From contig DATLOL010000080.1 of the NCBI GenBank assembly GCA_035536275.1, positions 1,263-65,262 on the forward strand: a DNA stretch of 64,000 nt, read 5' to 3'. The DNA comes from Thermoanaerobaculia bacterium. Lineage in GTDB: Bacteria; Acidobacteriota; Thermoanaerobaculia; Gp7-AA8. A program made the position numbers and the translations under genes. Shown here one piece after another: positions 48,044 to 57,578 of the stretch (position 1 is the stretch's first letter; every line of letters starts with the position of its first letter). The notes under the pieces were generated by a model. The model did not search any database. It saw only the letters and a program-made list of their open reading frames with translations, and was not told where the DNA came from.

Positions 48044-49225
48044 TCACAACTGCGGCTTCAACCAGTCCGCGAACCACTCCTTCACCCGCTCGCCCCACGG
48101 GCGTTTGAGCCAGCGCGGGCGGGTCACTTCCTCGCTGCGGGCGAGGTCCTCGAAGAACATCTGCTCCATCTGCCCGGCGACGCCGTCGTCGAAGATGTTC
48201 ACGTTCACTTCGTCGTTGAGGCGGAAGGAGCGGTCGTCGAAGTTGGAGGAGCCGATGGTGGTCCAGATGCCGTCCACGACCATGCTCTTGGCGTGCATCA
48301 TCGTGGGCTGGTACTCGAAGATGCGGATGCCGCGACGCAGCAGGTTGCCGTAGTACAGCCGGCCGGCGTGGCGCACGATCGGAACGTCGGTGAACTCGCC
48401 GGGGACGATGACGCGCACGTCGACGCCGCGCCGCACCGCCCCTTCCAGCGCGCGCGAGGTGTCGCGGTCGGGGACGAAGTACGCGCTGTTGATGTAGATC
48501 GACTTCTTCGCCGACACGATGGAAATGATGTAGAGCAGCTTGGCCGTCGACGAGCCCTCGCTCGGTGACGACTTCACGACCTGGGTGAGACAGGTCCCCC
48601 GCGGCTGCACCTGCGGGAAGTAATCGAGACCGGTGAGCAGCTCGCCGCGGCTCTTGACCCAGTTGTCGAGAAACGCGAACTGCATCTGCATGACGACCGG
48701 ACCTTCCACGCGCACCACCGTTTCCCGCCAGTGGTCCTTCGAGTCCGCGTCGCCGAGCCAGGTGTCGGCGATGCCCACGCCGCCGCAGAAACCGATCTCG
48801 CCGTCGACGATGAGCAGCTTGCGATGGGTGCGGTGATTGAGGCGCGAGAGCGTGTACCAGCGCAGCGGGTGATACCACTCCACCTGCACGCCGTTGCGCA
48901 CCAGGAAGTCGGTGAGGTTGTGGGACATGTCCGCGGAGCCGACCGCGTCCAGGACGACGTTGATTTTCACGCCCGCGCGGGCGCGCTCGGCCAGCGCCTC
49001 CGCGAACTGCCGTCCGATCACCCCGTCCCAGTAGATGTAGAACTCGAGGTTGATGGTCCGCCTCGCGCCGCGGATCGCGGAGAGCATGGACGGGAAGATG
49101 CGCACGCCGTTCTTCAGGACCGTGACCAGGTTGTGCTCCGACATGGCCATGCCGGTGAGCGCGTGCATGGTCTGCAGGAAAGCGAGATCGCGCACGCCGA
49201 ACTGATGGCGCATGTGGTAGCGCAT
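48044..49225 (-). CDS. cardiolipin synthase / phospholipase D family protein (two HKD motifs, no N-terminal TM)
   Basis: HRKLLIVDG and HAKSMVVDG HKD motifs; start set at MRYHM (M132 of the track ORF, whose upstream part is Arg-rich and overlaps nothing credible). Confidence 0.75.
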   Translation of the reverse strand: MRYHMRHQFGVRDLAFLQTMHALTGMAMSEHNLVTVLKNGVRIFPSMLSAIRGARRTINLEFYIYWDGVIGRQFAEALAERARAGVKINVVLDAVGSADMSHNLTDFLVRNGVQVEWYHPLRWYTLSRLNHRTHRKLLIVDGEIGFCGGVGIADTWLGDADSKDHWRETVVRVEGPVVMQMQFAFLDNWVKSRGELLTGLDYFPQVQPRGTCLTQVVKSSPSEGSSTAKLLYIISIVSAKKSIYINSAYFVPDRDTSRALEGAVRRGVDVRVIVPGEFTDVPIVRHAGRLYYGNLLRRGIRIFEYQPTMMHAKSMVVDGIWTTIGSSNFDDRSFRLNDEVNVNIFDDGVAGQMEQMFFEDLARSEEVTRPRWLKRPWGERVKEWFADWLKPQL

Positions 49226-49299
49226 CGGCGTGCGACGCCGCACCACCGGCAGCGCGGGACGTCCCGGATAGCGCGGCGCCTTTCGCCGCCGGAAGAAGA

Positions 49300-49833
49300 T
49301 CAGACCCACGATCGCTGTCCGACGATCCAGAAGATCAGGGCGACCACGCCGGCGACCATCGTCACCGCCGCGGCGAGCACCAGCAGCACGATCAACACCC
49401 CCACGAAGGCGATCGCTCCGTACGAGCGTGGCGGGCGGCGCCGGTCGCGATGCTTCTCCAGCAGCCGCAGGTTCGTAACGTTCTCCTCGTACAGGAAGTC
49501 GAACACGTCGCCGGCCACGGGCACCGACCCGACCACCAGGTCGATGCCGATGTTGAGGAGCATCCGGGCGATGATCCGCCCCGGCACGCGATGCCGCAGC
49601 GCGCCGATGACGATCCACGTCGACATCACGCCGCCGATCACGTCGCCGATGCCCGGAATCAGTCCCAGGAGCGCGTCGAGGCCGACCTTGAAGGGCGTCC
49701 CGGGGATGGAGAACGCCTCGTCCATCAAGTAGGCGAAGCGCCGCAACGCCAGCAGATCGCGCGGCAGCTTCTCGTCCGGCTCGATGACGTCGGGGATATG
49801 GACCTTCTCAGGCACGCTGAGCAGTTTATGCAA
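49300..49833 (-). CDS. DUF4112-family membrane protein
   Basis: GLDALLGLIPGIGDVIGGV signature, two TM helices; TTG start. Confidence 0.55.
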   Translation of the reverse strand: MHKLLSVPEKVHIPDVIEPDEKLPRDLLALRRFAYLMDEAFSIPGTPFKVGLDALLGLIPGIGDVIGGVMSTWIVIGALRHRVPGRIIARMLLNIGIDLVVGSVPVAGDVFDFLYEENVTNLRLLEKHRDRRRPPRSYGAIAFVGVLIVLLVLAAAVTMVAGVVALIFWIVGQRSWV

Positions 49834-49850
49834 GATCGAGGACCATCGGT

Positions 49851-49886
49851 CCCATACGTCCTATAGGTCCCATAGGTCCTATAGGA
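49851..49886. repeat. tandem array of four 9-bp units CC(C/T)ATA(C/G)G(T/A) in the divergent promoter region upstream of yihY paralog 2
   Basis: CCCATACGT CCTATAGGT CCCATAGGT CCTATAGGA preceded by the degenerate CCATCGGT; 19 nt before the ATG at 49905. Confidence 0.85.
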
Positions 49887-49904
49887 CTCGTTTATGCTTC
49901 CCCC

Positions 49905-51326
49905 ATGACCGAAGACCCGCGGGAGCGTCCTGCCGGCTGGCGTGACCGCTGGCTGACCAAGCTGATCTCGGCCAAGAACATCTTCTGGTCGTGGCTGACC
50001 GACCCGGCCGTGCTGGTCTACCGGCGTCACGGTTTCGGGCAGAAGCGGTTCCGCGCGACGATCGTCGAGTTCTTCCTCTTCGTGCGCGAGGTCGTGCGGG
50101 AGTTCTGGAACATCGAAGGGACGTCACGCGCGGCGTCGCTGGCGTACACGACCCTGCTCTCGCTCATCCCGCTGCTGGTCGCGTTCACGACCTACGTGCA
50201 GCGCTACTTCTCCACGATCTTCCCCGGCTTCCGCGCGCAGATCGACGCGATCATGAACGCGGTCATCCCCTACCGCTCGCCGCTGGTCACGTATCACCTG
50301 ACGCGATTCACCGAGAACGCGGCCACGGCCTCGATCTTCGGCGCGATCGCGTTCATGTTCATCGCCTTCCGCCTGTTCCTGGCCGTCGAGGGCGCCGTGA
50401 ATCAGATCTGGAAGGTGCGCAGCGTGCGCGGCTACCGCCAGAAGATCACGGCCTTCACGATGCTGTTCTTCTGGGGCCCTCTGCTCATGACGCTGTCGTT
50501 CACGACGACGAACATGCTGGAGCAGAACCGCTACCTGCGCATCCTCTTTCAGGGCGATCTGATCTTCACGATCGTGCCGATCTTCGTCCTGTTCATTGGC
50601 TTCACGATGCTGTTCTGGCTCGTGCCGTCGACGCGCGTGCGCCTGCCCGCGGCGATGGTGGGCGCGATCGTGACGACGCTGCTGTTCGCGGGGGTCCGCG
50701 CCCTCTTCGGCATCTACTCGGACTGGTTGATGAGCGGACGCCTGAACATCATCTACGGCACGGTCGGCTTGGCTGTGGTCTTCCTGATCGCCATCGAGAC
50801 GATGTGGGTGGTCATCCTCCTCGGCGTCGAGGTCAGTTACGTCTGGCAGAACCTCTACGGCGTCCTGCGCGCGACCGAGCAGCAGGTGAACGATGAGCCG
50901 CAGTTCGATCTCTACTTCGCGCTGCGGGCCCTGATCGAGATCTCGCGACGCTTCGACCGGCGCGAGGAGCCTCCGTCCGCGTATCGCCTGGCCGAGCAGT
51001 TCAACACCACGGACTCGCAGATGATGCGGGTCATGCGGAAGCTCGAGGACGGCAAGCTCGTCGCCGAAACGGGCGGCGACTGGATCGGCTACGTGCCCGC
51101 GTGCGACCCCGACCGCATCAGCATCGAGGAAGTGGTCGTGCAGATGGAAGGCGTCCTGCGCCTCGTCCCGGACATCGGCCCCGAGGATCGCGAGCGGGCG
51201 ATGGTGGGAACGCTCTTCCAGACGCTGAACCAGTGCACGTCGCAGGCGCTGGACCGGATGTCGATCGGCCGCGTCGTCCGCGAGCTCTACGCGCCCCGGC
51301 AAGTGCGCGAAGAAGACGTGGTCTGA
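49905..51326 (+). CDS. YihY/BrkB family membrane protein, paralog 2, with about 130-aa cytoplasmic C-terminal extension
   Basis: LAYTTLLSLIPLLVAF...ASIFGAIAFMFIAF..LFLAVEGAVNQIW signature, six TM helices; C-terminal soluble domain (..FALRALIEISRRFDRREEP..MRVMRKLEDGKLV..) looks winged-helix-like. Confidence 0.75.
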   Translation: MTEDPRERPAGWRDRWLTKLISAKNIFWSWLTDPAVLVYRRHGFGQKRFRATIVEFFLFVREVVREFWNIEGTSRAASLAYTTLLSLIPLLVAFTTYVQRYFSTIFPGFRAQIDAIMNAVIPYRSPLVTYHLTRFTENAATASIFGAIAFMFIAFRLFLAVEGAVNQIWKVRSVRGYRQKITAFTMLFFWGPLLMTLSFTTTNMLEQNRYLRILFQGDLIFTIVPIFVLFIGFTMLFWLVPSTRVRLPAAMVGAIVTTLLFAGVRALFGIYSDWLMSGRLNIIYGTVGLAVVFLIAIETMWVVILLGVEVSYVWQNLYGVLRATEQQVNDEPQFDLYFALRALIEISRRFDRREEPPSAYRLAEQFNTTDSQMMRVMRKLEDGKLVAETGGDWIGYVPACDPDRISIEEVVVQMEGVLRLVPDIGPEDRERAMVGTLFQTLNQCTSQALDRMSIGRVVRELYAPRQVREEDVV

Positions 51327-51832
51327 GGTGTCTGACGCGCAGACATTCGAGTCAGCCGCGCATACATTTTGATTCGCCGCGTGATCTTCAAAGCACGCGG
51401 GCCACATATTTAAGAAGAGTGGCCGGACATTTCAGAAGCCGCGTCACACCTCGAAACGGGTTTTTCAGTGATCGACGAACGCCCGCCAGACATCGACGAA
51501 CGCCCGTCACACATTTCTAAACGGCGATCAGACCCTGAAGCATCGGTACCAGAGATCGAGGCACGTTCGCCACACATTGGAGGACGCGCGCCAGACATCG
51601 AAGGACGCCGCCACGTATTTTTCTGCGCTGATCAGACCCCGAAACGAGTTTTTCAGTGATCGAAGCCCGTGCGCCATCGATCTGTTGTCGCATGGCAGAC
51701 ATCGAATCACGCGCGCAACGCCTTTATCGACGAGTGGTTCGCCGATTGCCCAATTTTTCAGTGATCGAAGCGCGCCCGCCATCCATTGAAAGATTCCGCG
51801 CAGCCACTGAATGACCGGCGCAACGCCTCGAG
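51327..51832. repeat. 506-bp non-coding block of degenerate direct repeats between convergent genes
   Basis: Five to six imperfect units of about 40 bp with the pattern cgcCAGACATCGA(A/C)G(G/A)ACGCC...C(A/G)CACA(T/C)ATTT, followed by three copies of TTTTTCAGTGATCGA(A/C)G(C/A)(A/G)CGC(C/G)CG; the only ORFs are repeat read-throughs. Confidence 0.7.
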
Positions 51833-52648
51833 TCAGGTTTGCGACTCTGATCTTTTGACCCGCAGCGCCCGAACCATCCGGATCCTTCGGAATGTCTCGT
51901 ACGCGACCGTCGCGAAGGCCACCCAGATCACGCCCGCGGTGATCCCTGCTGCCACATCCGAGATCCAGTGCACGCCGAGGTAGATACGGGAGGCGCAGAT
52001 GGCGGCGATCATCGAGACGCAGAACGCCAGCGCCGCCGCGCGCGGGCGCCATTTCGTGAGGATGCGGAACGCGAGATAGGCGAACGCGCCGAAGACGATG
52101 GTCGAGCCCATGGCGTGCCCGCTCGGGAACGAGTAGCCATGCGCGTCCCGCAGCGCCTCGGCCAGGTTCGGACGCGCCCGCGCGAAGTAGGACTTGAGCA
52201 GCAGGTTGAGCAGACCGCCGATCCCGCATGTGACGATGAGATAGGCGCCCCACCGCCAGCGCTTGCGGAGGGCGAGGATGCCCGCGGCGATCGCGATCAG
52301 CAGTCCGAGGCCCACCGGGGTGCCGATGATCGTGAGGGCGGTCAGGAAGAACGTCGAGACCGGCGTGCGCGTGTCGACCGCCCAGTCGTGCACATCGCGA
52401 TCGATGCGCTGCAGCCCCGGCGATTCCGCGCGCAGGCTCTCCGCGAGATCGAGGAACTCGTCGCCGGCTGCCAGGGCCAACACGATTCCCACGGTCAGCA
52501 CGACGAAGACGGGGAGATAGTCGCGGTAGCGGAACTTGGTCGTGAAGTGTGCCGACTTTGCGAGCAGGTGCTCGAGCAGCGGCCCGGCGTAGAAGAGGAC
52601 GAGCCAGAGGCCGAGGAAGAGGGCGAGGAAGGCGGCTACGAAAAGCAC
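51833..52648 (-). CDS. PAP2-family (phosphatidic acid phosphatase type 2 / phosphoesterase) membrane protein
   Basis: KSYFARARP, SFPSGHA, SRIYLGVHWISDV three-motif PAP2 signature; GTG start at 52648 chosen because the upstream 53 codons of the track ORF are read through a family-A repeat and overlap the upstream gene. Confidence 0.7.
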   Translation of the reverse strand: MLFVAAFLALFLGLWLVLFYAGPLLEHLLAKSAHFTTKFRYRDYLPVFVVLTVGIVLALAAGDEFLDLAESLRAESPGLQRIDRDVHDWAVDTRTPVSTFFLTALTIIGTPVGLGLLIAIAAGILALRKRWRWGAYLIVTCGIGGLLNLLLKSYFARARPNLAEALRDAHGYSFPSGHAMGSTIVFGAFAYLAFRILTKWRPRAAALAFCVSMIAAICASRIYLGVHWISDVAAGITAGVIWVAFATVAYETFRRIRMVRALRVKRSESQT

Positions 52649-52655
52649 CGCTCGC

Positions 52656-52766
52656 AGTTTATCCCGCGCGAAGACGCGGGATCTCGGGTGCACCTGCGCG
52701 GGCGGCGCCTCAGGCGGTTGCAGCGAGACGGCACCGGAGATCCCGCGTCTTCGCGCGGGATAAAGT
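52656..52766. repeat. family-A nested palindromic repeat, copy 3 (111 bp)
   Basis: AGTTTATCCCGCGCGAAGACGCGGGATCTCGGGTGCACC-[35-nt spacer]-GGCACCGGAGATCCCGCGTCTTCGCGCGGGATAAAGT; fills the gap between the PAP2 start and the upstream gene's stop. Confidence 0.85.
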
Positions 52767-52779
52767 GCAAAGCAGAGCG

Positions 52780-54576
52780 TCAGAAGCCGCCGCTCATGTA
52801 CTTCCACTGCACGATCTTGTCGTTGATCTCGCGCAGGCGGCGGCTGATCATGCGGCAGAGCAGGTTCAGGAACTGGAGCGACGCGTGCGGGTCCATGGAC
52901 AGGATCTCGTTCAGCGTCGCGCGGTCGATCGACAGAACCGTGGCGTCGCCATCGTGTGACTTCGCGTCCGCGCTGCGGGGCTTCTCGTCGATGAGTGCCA
53001 TCTCCCCGAAGAAGTCGCCGCGGTCGAGCACCGTCAGCGCCTCTTCGCCCACGCCGGGGATGAACTTCGAGATGCGCACGCGGCCGTCGAGGACGATGAA
53101 CAGCTTGTCGCCCTTCTCCCCCTCGCGGAAGATCATCGACCCCTCGCGGAACCGCTCCTCGGTCGAGAACGTGGCCAGCAGCTTCATTTCAGCGGCGGAC
53201 AGGCCACGCTCGCGGAACAGGTCCACCTTGTCTTCCGACTTGACCGTGACCTGCTGCATGTCGCGCTTGCCGGCTTCGCGCTTGCGGCCGCCGCCGCGCT
53301 TCGCGTCTTCCTGGAAGAACAGCTTGAGCTGCTCGTTCGCGTCGCGGACCTTGACGGTGAGCGAGCGCCAGAACGCCCAGTGCAAACCGACCGCGAGCTC
53401 CTTGTCCTCGTCCATGAGCTGGTCGAGCGCGGAGAACGAGAACGTGTAGCTCGCGGAGCGATCCGACACCGACAGCGCGTCGCTGGAGCGGTGCGTGCGG
53501 TCGATGAAGTTCATCTCGCCGAAGATGTGATCGGCGGTCAGATTGCCGAGGATCTGCGGGCCGAAAGGAGTCTCCTTGCGGATCTCCATGCGGCCGTCCT
53601 TGACCACGTAAAAATCCATGGACCGGTCTTCCTCGCGGAAGACGTACTCGCCCGTCGAGAAGTCCTGCACGCGGGCCACCTTCGACAGCCGGAAGATCTG
53701 CTCGTCCTTCATGTGCTGGAACACGGTCAGCTTGCGCAGGTCGTGGGCCGTCGTGATCAGGTCCCCGCGCTTCTCCTCGGCCCGAGAGATCTTGGCCAGG
53801 ATCAGCTTCATGTCCTTCCCGATGAAGAGATTCTCCTTGCGCAGCTCGAGGCGCTCGGTGGCCACCTGGAGCTGCTCGACGCGCGACTTGATGCGCGTGT
53901 TGAGCGCTTTCGTGTCGATGCTGTGGATGCGCTTGAGCGTGTTGATCATGCGCCGCACCGGCTCGATCGACTCGCCCTTCTGATCGGTGGCCAGCAGGAA
54001 CGCGTCGATGAAGTCGTCGAGCGAGCGGTCGAAGTTCTTCAGCTCGAACTCGATCCGTCCGGAGATCTCGGCCAGGCCGCGATCGAACGGGTTGAGCTTC
54101 CGGGCGCTCTGGATCTCCTCGTGCGCGGCTTCCCATTCGCCCTGGGAGTAGTAGAGACGCCCGAGGATCTCGAAGGGGCGGTAGTTGTTCGGAGTCTTGA
54201 GCTTCGCGATCTCGAGCAGCTCGATGGCCTTCGAGGTCTGGTCCTTGGCCATGTAGTACTGCGCGAGCCCGACGTACTGCGAAGAATCCACCTCGTCGCG
54301 CGCGCGGTCCGCCACCACCTCGGTGCGCAGCGACGCGAAGCGCGACTCTTCCGCGGCCGCCTTCTGATCGCGCACGCGAGCCAGGTTGATGCGCAGCGCG
54401 ACCGAGCCGGGCTTGAGCTTCTCGGCCATCTCGCAGAGATGGATCGACTCGTCGTACATGCCCTGATCGGCGTAGCGCCGCGCGAGGGCCAGCAGATCGC
54501 CGGCCTCGATGGGGATGCTCGTTTCCTGAGCGAGGGTCCGGAAACGTGCGCGGGCGCCGACGGGCTGTTCGGCCAT
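52780..54576 (-). CDS. TPR-repeat protein with two tandem cyclic-nucleotide-binding (cNMP/CAP-type) domains
   Basis: N-terminal TPR units; two cNMP domains (..FGEMNFIDRTHRSSDALSVSD.. and ..FGEMALIDEKPRSADAKSHDGDATVLSI..) each with the FGE(M/L) phosphate-binding cassette. Confidence 0.75.
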   Translation of the reverse strand: MAEQPVGARARFRTLAQETSIPIEAGDLLALARRYADQGMYDESIHLCEMAEKLKPGSVALRINLARVRDQKAAAEESRFASLRTEVVADRARDEVDSSQYVGLAQYYMAKDQTSKAIELLEIAKLKTPNNYRPFEILGRLYYSQGEWEAAHEEIQSARKLNPFDRGLAEISGRIEFELKNFDRSLDDFIDAFLLATDQKGESIEPVRRMINTLKRIHSIDTKALNTRIKSRVEQLQVATERLELRKENLFIGKDMKLILAKISRAEEKRGDLITTAHDLRKLTVFQHMKDEQIFRLSKVARVQDFSTGEYVFREEDRSMDFYVVKDGRMEIRKETPFGPQILGNLTADHIFGEMNFIDRTHRSSDALSVSDRSASYTFSFSALDQLMDEDKELAVGLHWAFWRSLTVKVRDANEQLKLFFQEDAKRGGGRKREAGKRDMQQVTVKSEDKVDLFRERGLSAAEMKLLATFSTEERFREGSMIFREGEKGDKLFIVLDGRVRISKFIPGVGEEALTVLDRGDFFGEMALIDEKPRSADAKSHDGDATVLSIDRATLNEILSMDPHASLQFLNLLCRMISRRLREINDKIVQWKYMSGGF

Positions 54577-54597
54577 GGGAGGTGCAATTATAGGGAT

Positions 54598-55635
54598 GTG
54601 CGTCTCTTCGTGTTGTTACTGACCGTCTTCAGGATGGCCCTGCCGGGATGGGAGTACTCCTTCCCGCGCGACCACGGCGCCCATCCCGAGTTCAAGACCG
54701 AGTGGTGGTACTACACGGGACACCTGCGCACGGCTGAGGGGCGGCGGTACGGATTCGAGGTGACGTTTTTCCGGGTGGGTGTCAGTCGCGATGCCGCCCA
54801 CACGCGCTGGGATCTCCGCTCGATCATGCCCGCCCACTTTGCGATCACCGACGTCGCGGCGAAAGACTTCCGCTACTACGAGAAGATGAACCGCGCCTCG
54901 GTCTTCACCGCGCAGGCCGCGGAGGGGAAGCTCGACGTCTTCAACGAGTCGTGGAGCGCGACGACGAATCCCGACGGCTCGTGGCGGCTCGTCGCGAAAC
55001 AGGGCAAGGACTCGCTCGATCTCACTCTCCGCGCGCGCAAGCCGCCGGCGATCCACGGCGAGAACGGCATCAGCGTGAAAGCGCCGCAGAAAGGCTATGC
55101 CTCGCACTACTACTCGATGACGCGCATGGAGGCGGCGGGCCTGATCAACGGCGAGCGCGCCACGGGCCAGGCCTGGATGGATCACGAGTTCGGCAGCTCC
55201 GCGCTGCGCGAGAACCAGCGCGGGTGGGACTGGTTCTCGATCCAGCTCGACAACGACGCGGAGCTGATGCTGTACATCATCCGCCGCAGCGACGGCACTC
55301 CCGACGTCACGTCGTCCGGATCGCTGATCACCGACGACGGGCGGGTCATCCACATCCGCCGCGACCAGTTGCGCATCACGCCGCTGGCCCGGTGGAAGTC
55401 GCCGAAGAGCGGCGCCACGTATCCCATGGGCTGGCGCGTCGAGCTGCCGACGTTCAACATCTCGCTGACGGTCCAGCCGCTGATGCGCGAGCAGGAGTTG
55501 GTCACCCACGGCTCGACGAACATCACTTACTGGGAAGGCGCGTGCGACGTCAGCGGCACGTTCGGCGGCACGCCCGTGCGCGGCGAGGGTTACGTGGAGA
55601 TGACCGGTTACGACAAGGCTTTTCGCGCGCCTTGA
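54598..55635 (+). CDS. secreted CrtC-like / AttH-like lipocalin-type protein (hydroxyneurosporene synthase superfamily)
   Basis: Signal peptide VRLFVLLLTVFRMALPG; EWWYYTGHL...GFEVTFFR...YYSMTRM...WMDHEFG motifs typical of CrtC/AttH; GTG start 13 nt after GGAGGTG. Confidence 0.55.
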   Translation: MRLFVLLLTVFRMALPGWEYSFPRDHGAHPEFKTEWWYYTGHLRTAEGRRYGFEVTFFRVGVSRDAAHTRWDLRSIMPAHFAITDVAAKDFRYYEKMNRASVFTAQAAEGKLDVFNESWSATTNPDGSWRLVAKQGKDSLDLTLRARKPPAIHGENGISVKAPQKGYASHYYSMTRMEAAGLINGERATGQAWMDHEFGSSALRENQRGWDWFSIQLDNDAELMLYIIRRSDGTPDVTSSGSLITDDGRVIHIRRDQLRITPLARWKSPKSGATYPMGWRVELPTFNISLTVQPLMREQELVTHGSTNITYWEGACDVSGTFGGTPVRGEGYVEMTGYDKAFRAP

Positions 55636-55659
55636 ACGAGCGCACGCTGTACGCGGCTG

Positions 55660-56535
55660 CTACTGTGGAGTCACCAGCGTGAGGTGCTGCGTTTCGTTGT
55701 TGGTGATGCTTACGAAGGCCCAGAACTCGCTGCCCTCGCTGCGCGGCTGAATCTCGATGCGCAGAGTCTCGGGCAACGCCGTCGCCGCGGGAAGCAACTC
55801 GCGGATATCGCCGATCTGCACGTGCGGCGGCTCGAACATCTTCACCCAGTGGTGCGCGAAGTGCCACGACAGCACGAGGTCCTTCTCGCCCACGAGGCGA
55901 TTGGTCTGCTGATCGAACACTCGCACGGTGAATCCAGCGACTTTCAGATTCAGTTCGTAGAGGCGGAACGTCAGGCGGAAGCTCGGATGCACCGGCACGT
56001 TCAGCAGCGAGGTCGTATTCTTCCGGAACTGCTCCTCGCGAACGACGGGGACCTCCGTTCCGGCATTGGTCGCCGAGCGGGAGGTGTCGAACGCACGCAG
56101 TGCGAACGAGAGCACGGACGGCCACGCCACCGGCTGCGGCGGCTGGCTGAACGGAAGGATGTACAGCAAACGTGGTCCGCCCCGACCGTTCAGCACGTGC
56201 ATGTCGCCCGAAAACGGCGGCAGCGTCGTCTCGGTCTCCCCCGCCGCGAGGTGCGCATTGCTCAGCAGCGGTCGCGAACAGGCGCCGAAAAACGGATCGG
56301 TCGAGCCGGCGCACCATTCGACATGAAACTGGTGAGGTGTGGGGTTGTTCACCGCGTACGCCGTCTTCCACTGTGAGCCGAAAGCACCCGGTGCGGGATG
56401 CTCGAAATAGACGGGTAACAGAACTCGATAGGTCGGCGGTACCTGGCCCAGGGCGGTGGTCGCCAGAAACAGCAGCGTGGTCAACGGCAGCAGTGTCTTT
56501 ATGACGAGATCTCCACAATGTTGCAGCTCTCGCAC
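55660..56535 (-). CDS. secreted hypothetical protein
   Basis: N-terminal hydrophobic signal (LLPLTTLLFLATTALGQ); no recognisable domain. Confidence 0.4.
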   Translation of the reverse strand: MRELQHCGDLVIKTLLPLTTLLFLATTALGQVPPTYRVLLPVYFEHPAPGAFGSQWKTAYAVNNPTPHQFHVEWCAGSTDPFFGACSRPLLSNAHLAAGETETTLPPFSGDMHVLNGRGGPRLLYILPFSQPPQPVAWPSVLSFALRAFDTSRSATNAGTEVPVVREEQFRKNTTSLLNVPVHPSFRLTFRLYELNLKVAGFTVRVFDQQTNRLVGEKDLVLSWHFAHHWVKMFEPPHVQIGDIRELLPAATALPETLRIEIQPRSEGSEFWAFVSITNNETQHLTLVTPQ

Positions 56536-56633
56536 CCGTTTTACTCTTTTACACCCGTTGAAACTTCGGTCCGCCCTGCGAAAATCCTTTCGCGCGCCTT
56601 AGTCTCGCCAACTTCGCGCATCATCGTGCCCGC

Positions 56634-57461
56634 ATGTACGCGCTGATCCTCGCCGCACAGCTCCTCCTTCCGCCGCAGGTCTCCGACGCCACGTTCGGCG
56701 TGACGGCCATTCATCTCGAAACCGGCAAACGCGTTTCCGTGCGCGGCGCGGAGCGCTTTCCGATGGGCAGCGTCTACAAGTTTCCAATCGCGCTGGAGGT
56801 GTTGAAGCGCGTCGACGACGGCAAGCTTCGCCTCGACGACAAGGTCAGGATCACGGAGTTCTCGATCGGCCACAGTCCGCTGCGCGATCAGTCGAAAGGA
56901 AAGCCGGTGACGATGACTCACCGGGAGCTGCTCCGCTTCATGGTCTCGCTCAGCGACAACACTCCCTGCGACTACTACATCCGCACCCTCGGCGCGAACG
57001 CCATCAACGCGCGCCTGAAAGCCCTCGGCGTCTCCGGCATTCGCGTCGATCGCACGGAAAAGGCGATCTCCGTCGACATCCGTCAACACGGGAAGGCGCA
57101 CTTCGCGAGCGACGTGCGCGACACCGCCACGCCGGACGCGATGGCCGATCTGCTCGTGAAAGTTTGGCAGCGCCGCGACGGCCTCTCGAAACAGAGCCAC
57201 GACCTGCTCGTGCAGTGGATGACCGTCACGCCGACGGGGCCGAACCGCGTCAAAGCCGGCCTGCCGACAGGCGCCACCTTCATACACAAGACGGGGACGA
57301 TGCCCGGCACGACCAACGACGTCGGGATCATCGTCCTGCCCGGCGGCAAGGAGCACATCGTGCTGGCGGTCTTCGGCAAGGCCTCGAAGCACAACGTGAC
57401 CGAGGAGGCCGAGAAAGACATCGCCGCGATCGTGCGCAAGGTGCTGGAGCATTTCCGCTGA
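56634..57461 (+). CDS. class A (Ambler) serine beta-lactamase
   Basis: SVYKF (SxxK), SDN, EL..D and KTG(T) motifs in canonical order and spacing; N-terminal signal-like segment. Confidence 0.8.
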   Translation: MYALILAAQLLLPPQVSDATFGVTAIHLETGKRVSVRGAERFPMGSVYKFPIALEVLKRVDDGKLRLDDKVRITEFSIGHSPLRDQSKGKPVTMTHRELLRFMVSLSDNTPCDYYIRTLGANAINARLKALGVSGIRVDRTEKAISVDIRQHGKAHFASDVRDTATPDAMADLLVKVWQRRDGLSKQSHDLLVQWMTVTPTGPNRVKAGLPTGATFIHKTGTMPGTTNDVGIIVLPGGKEHIVLAVFGKASKHNVTEEAEKDIAAIVRKVLEHFR

Positions 57462-57462
57462 C

Positions 57463-57572
57463 GTGTCATCCCGAGCCGCCGGAGCGTAGCGAAGGAGGTC
57501 GAGGGATCCCCTGCCTACGGAGCGGGCACAGGGTTCTAGCAGGGGGTCCCTCGACTTCGCTCGGGATGACAC
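57463..57572. repeat. family-B nested palindromic repeat (110 bp)
   Basis: GTGTCATCCCGAGCCGCC...GGGATCCCC...GGGGGTCCC TCGACTTCGCTCGGGATGACAC; begins 2 nt after the bla stop and ends 6 nt before the convergent sensor-kinase stop. Confidence 0.85.
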
Positions 57573-57578
57573 ACGCGG

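Noticed and set aside
51410-51659. Short ORFs 51410..51598 (-) and 51468..51659 (+) inside the repeat block
   Set aside because: Their periodic peptides (..DIDERPSHI..EIEARSPHIGGRAPDIEG..) are simply the DNA repeats read through; no start context; overlapping each other on both strands.
51327-51832. CRISPR array
   Set aside because: Repeat units are degenerate (many substitutions), of uneven length and interleaved with two motif types; no identical repeats with unique spacers; no cas genes nearby.
52649-52807. Upstream 53 codons of the PAP2 track ORF
   Set aside because: Read through the family-A repeat (..[35 protein letters not shown]..) and overlap the 3' end of the upstream cNMP gene; an in-frame GTG at 52648 gives a normal hydrophobic PAP2 N-terminus.
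53380-54597. 5' two-thirds of plus-strand track ORF 53380..55635
   Set aside because: Antisense to the TPR/cNMP gene; the credible gene (signal peptide plus CrtC/AttH motifs) starts at GTG 54598 after a GGAGGTG RBS.
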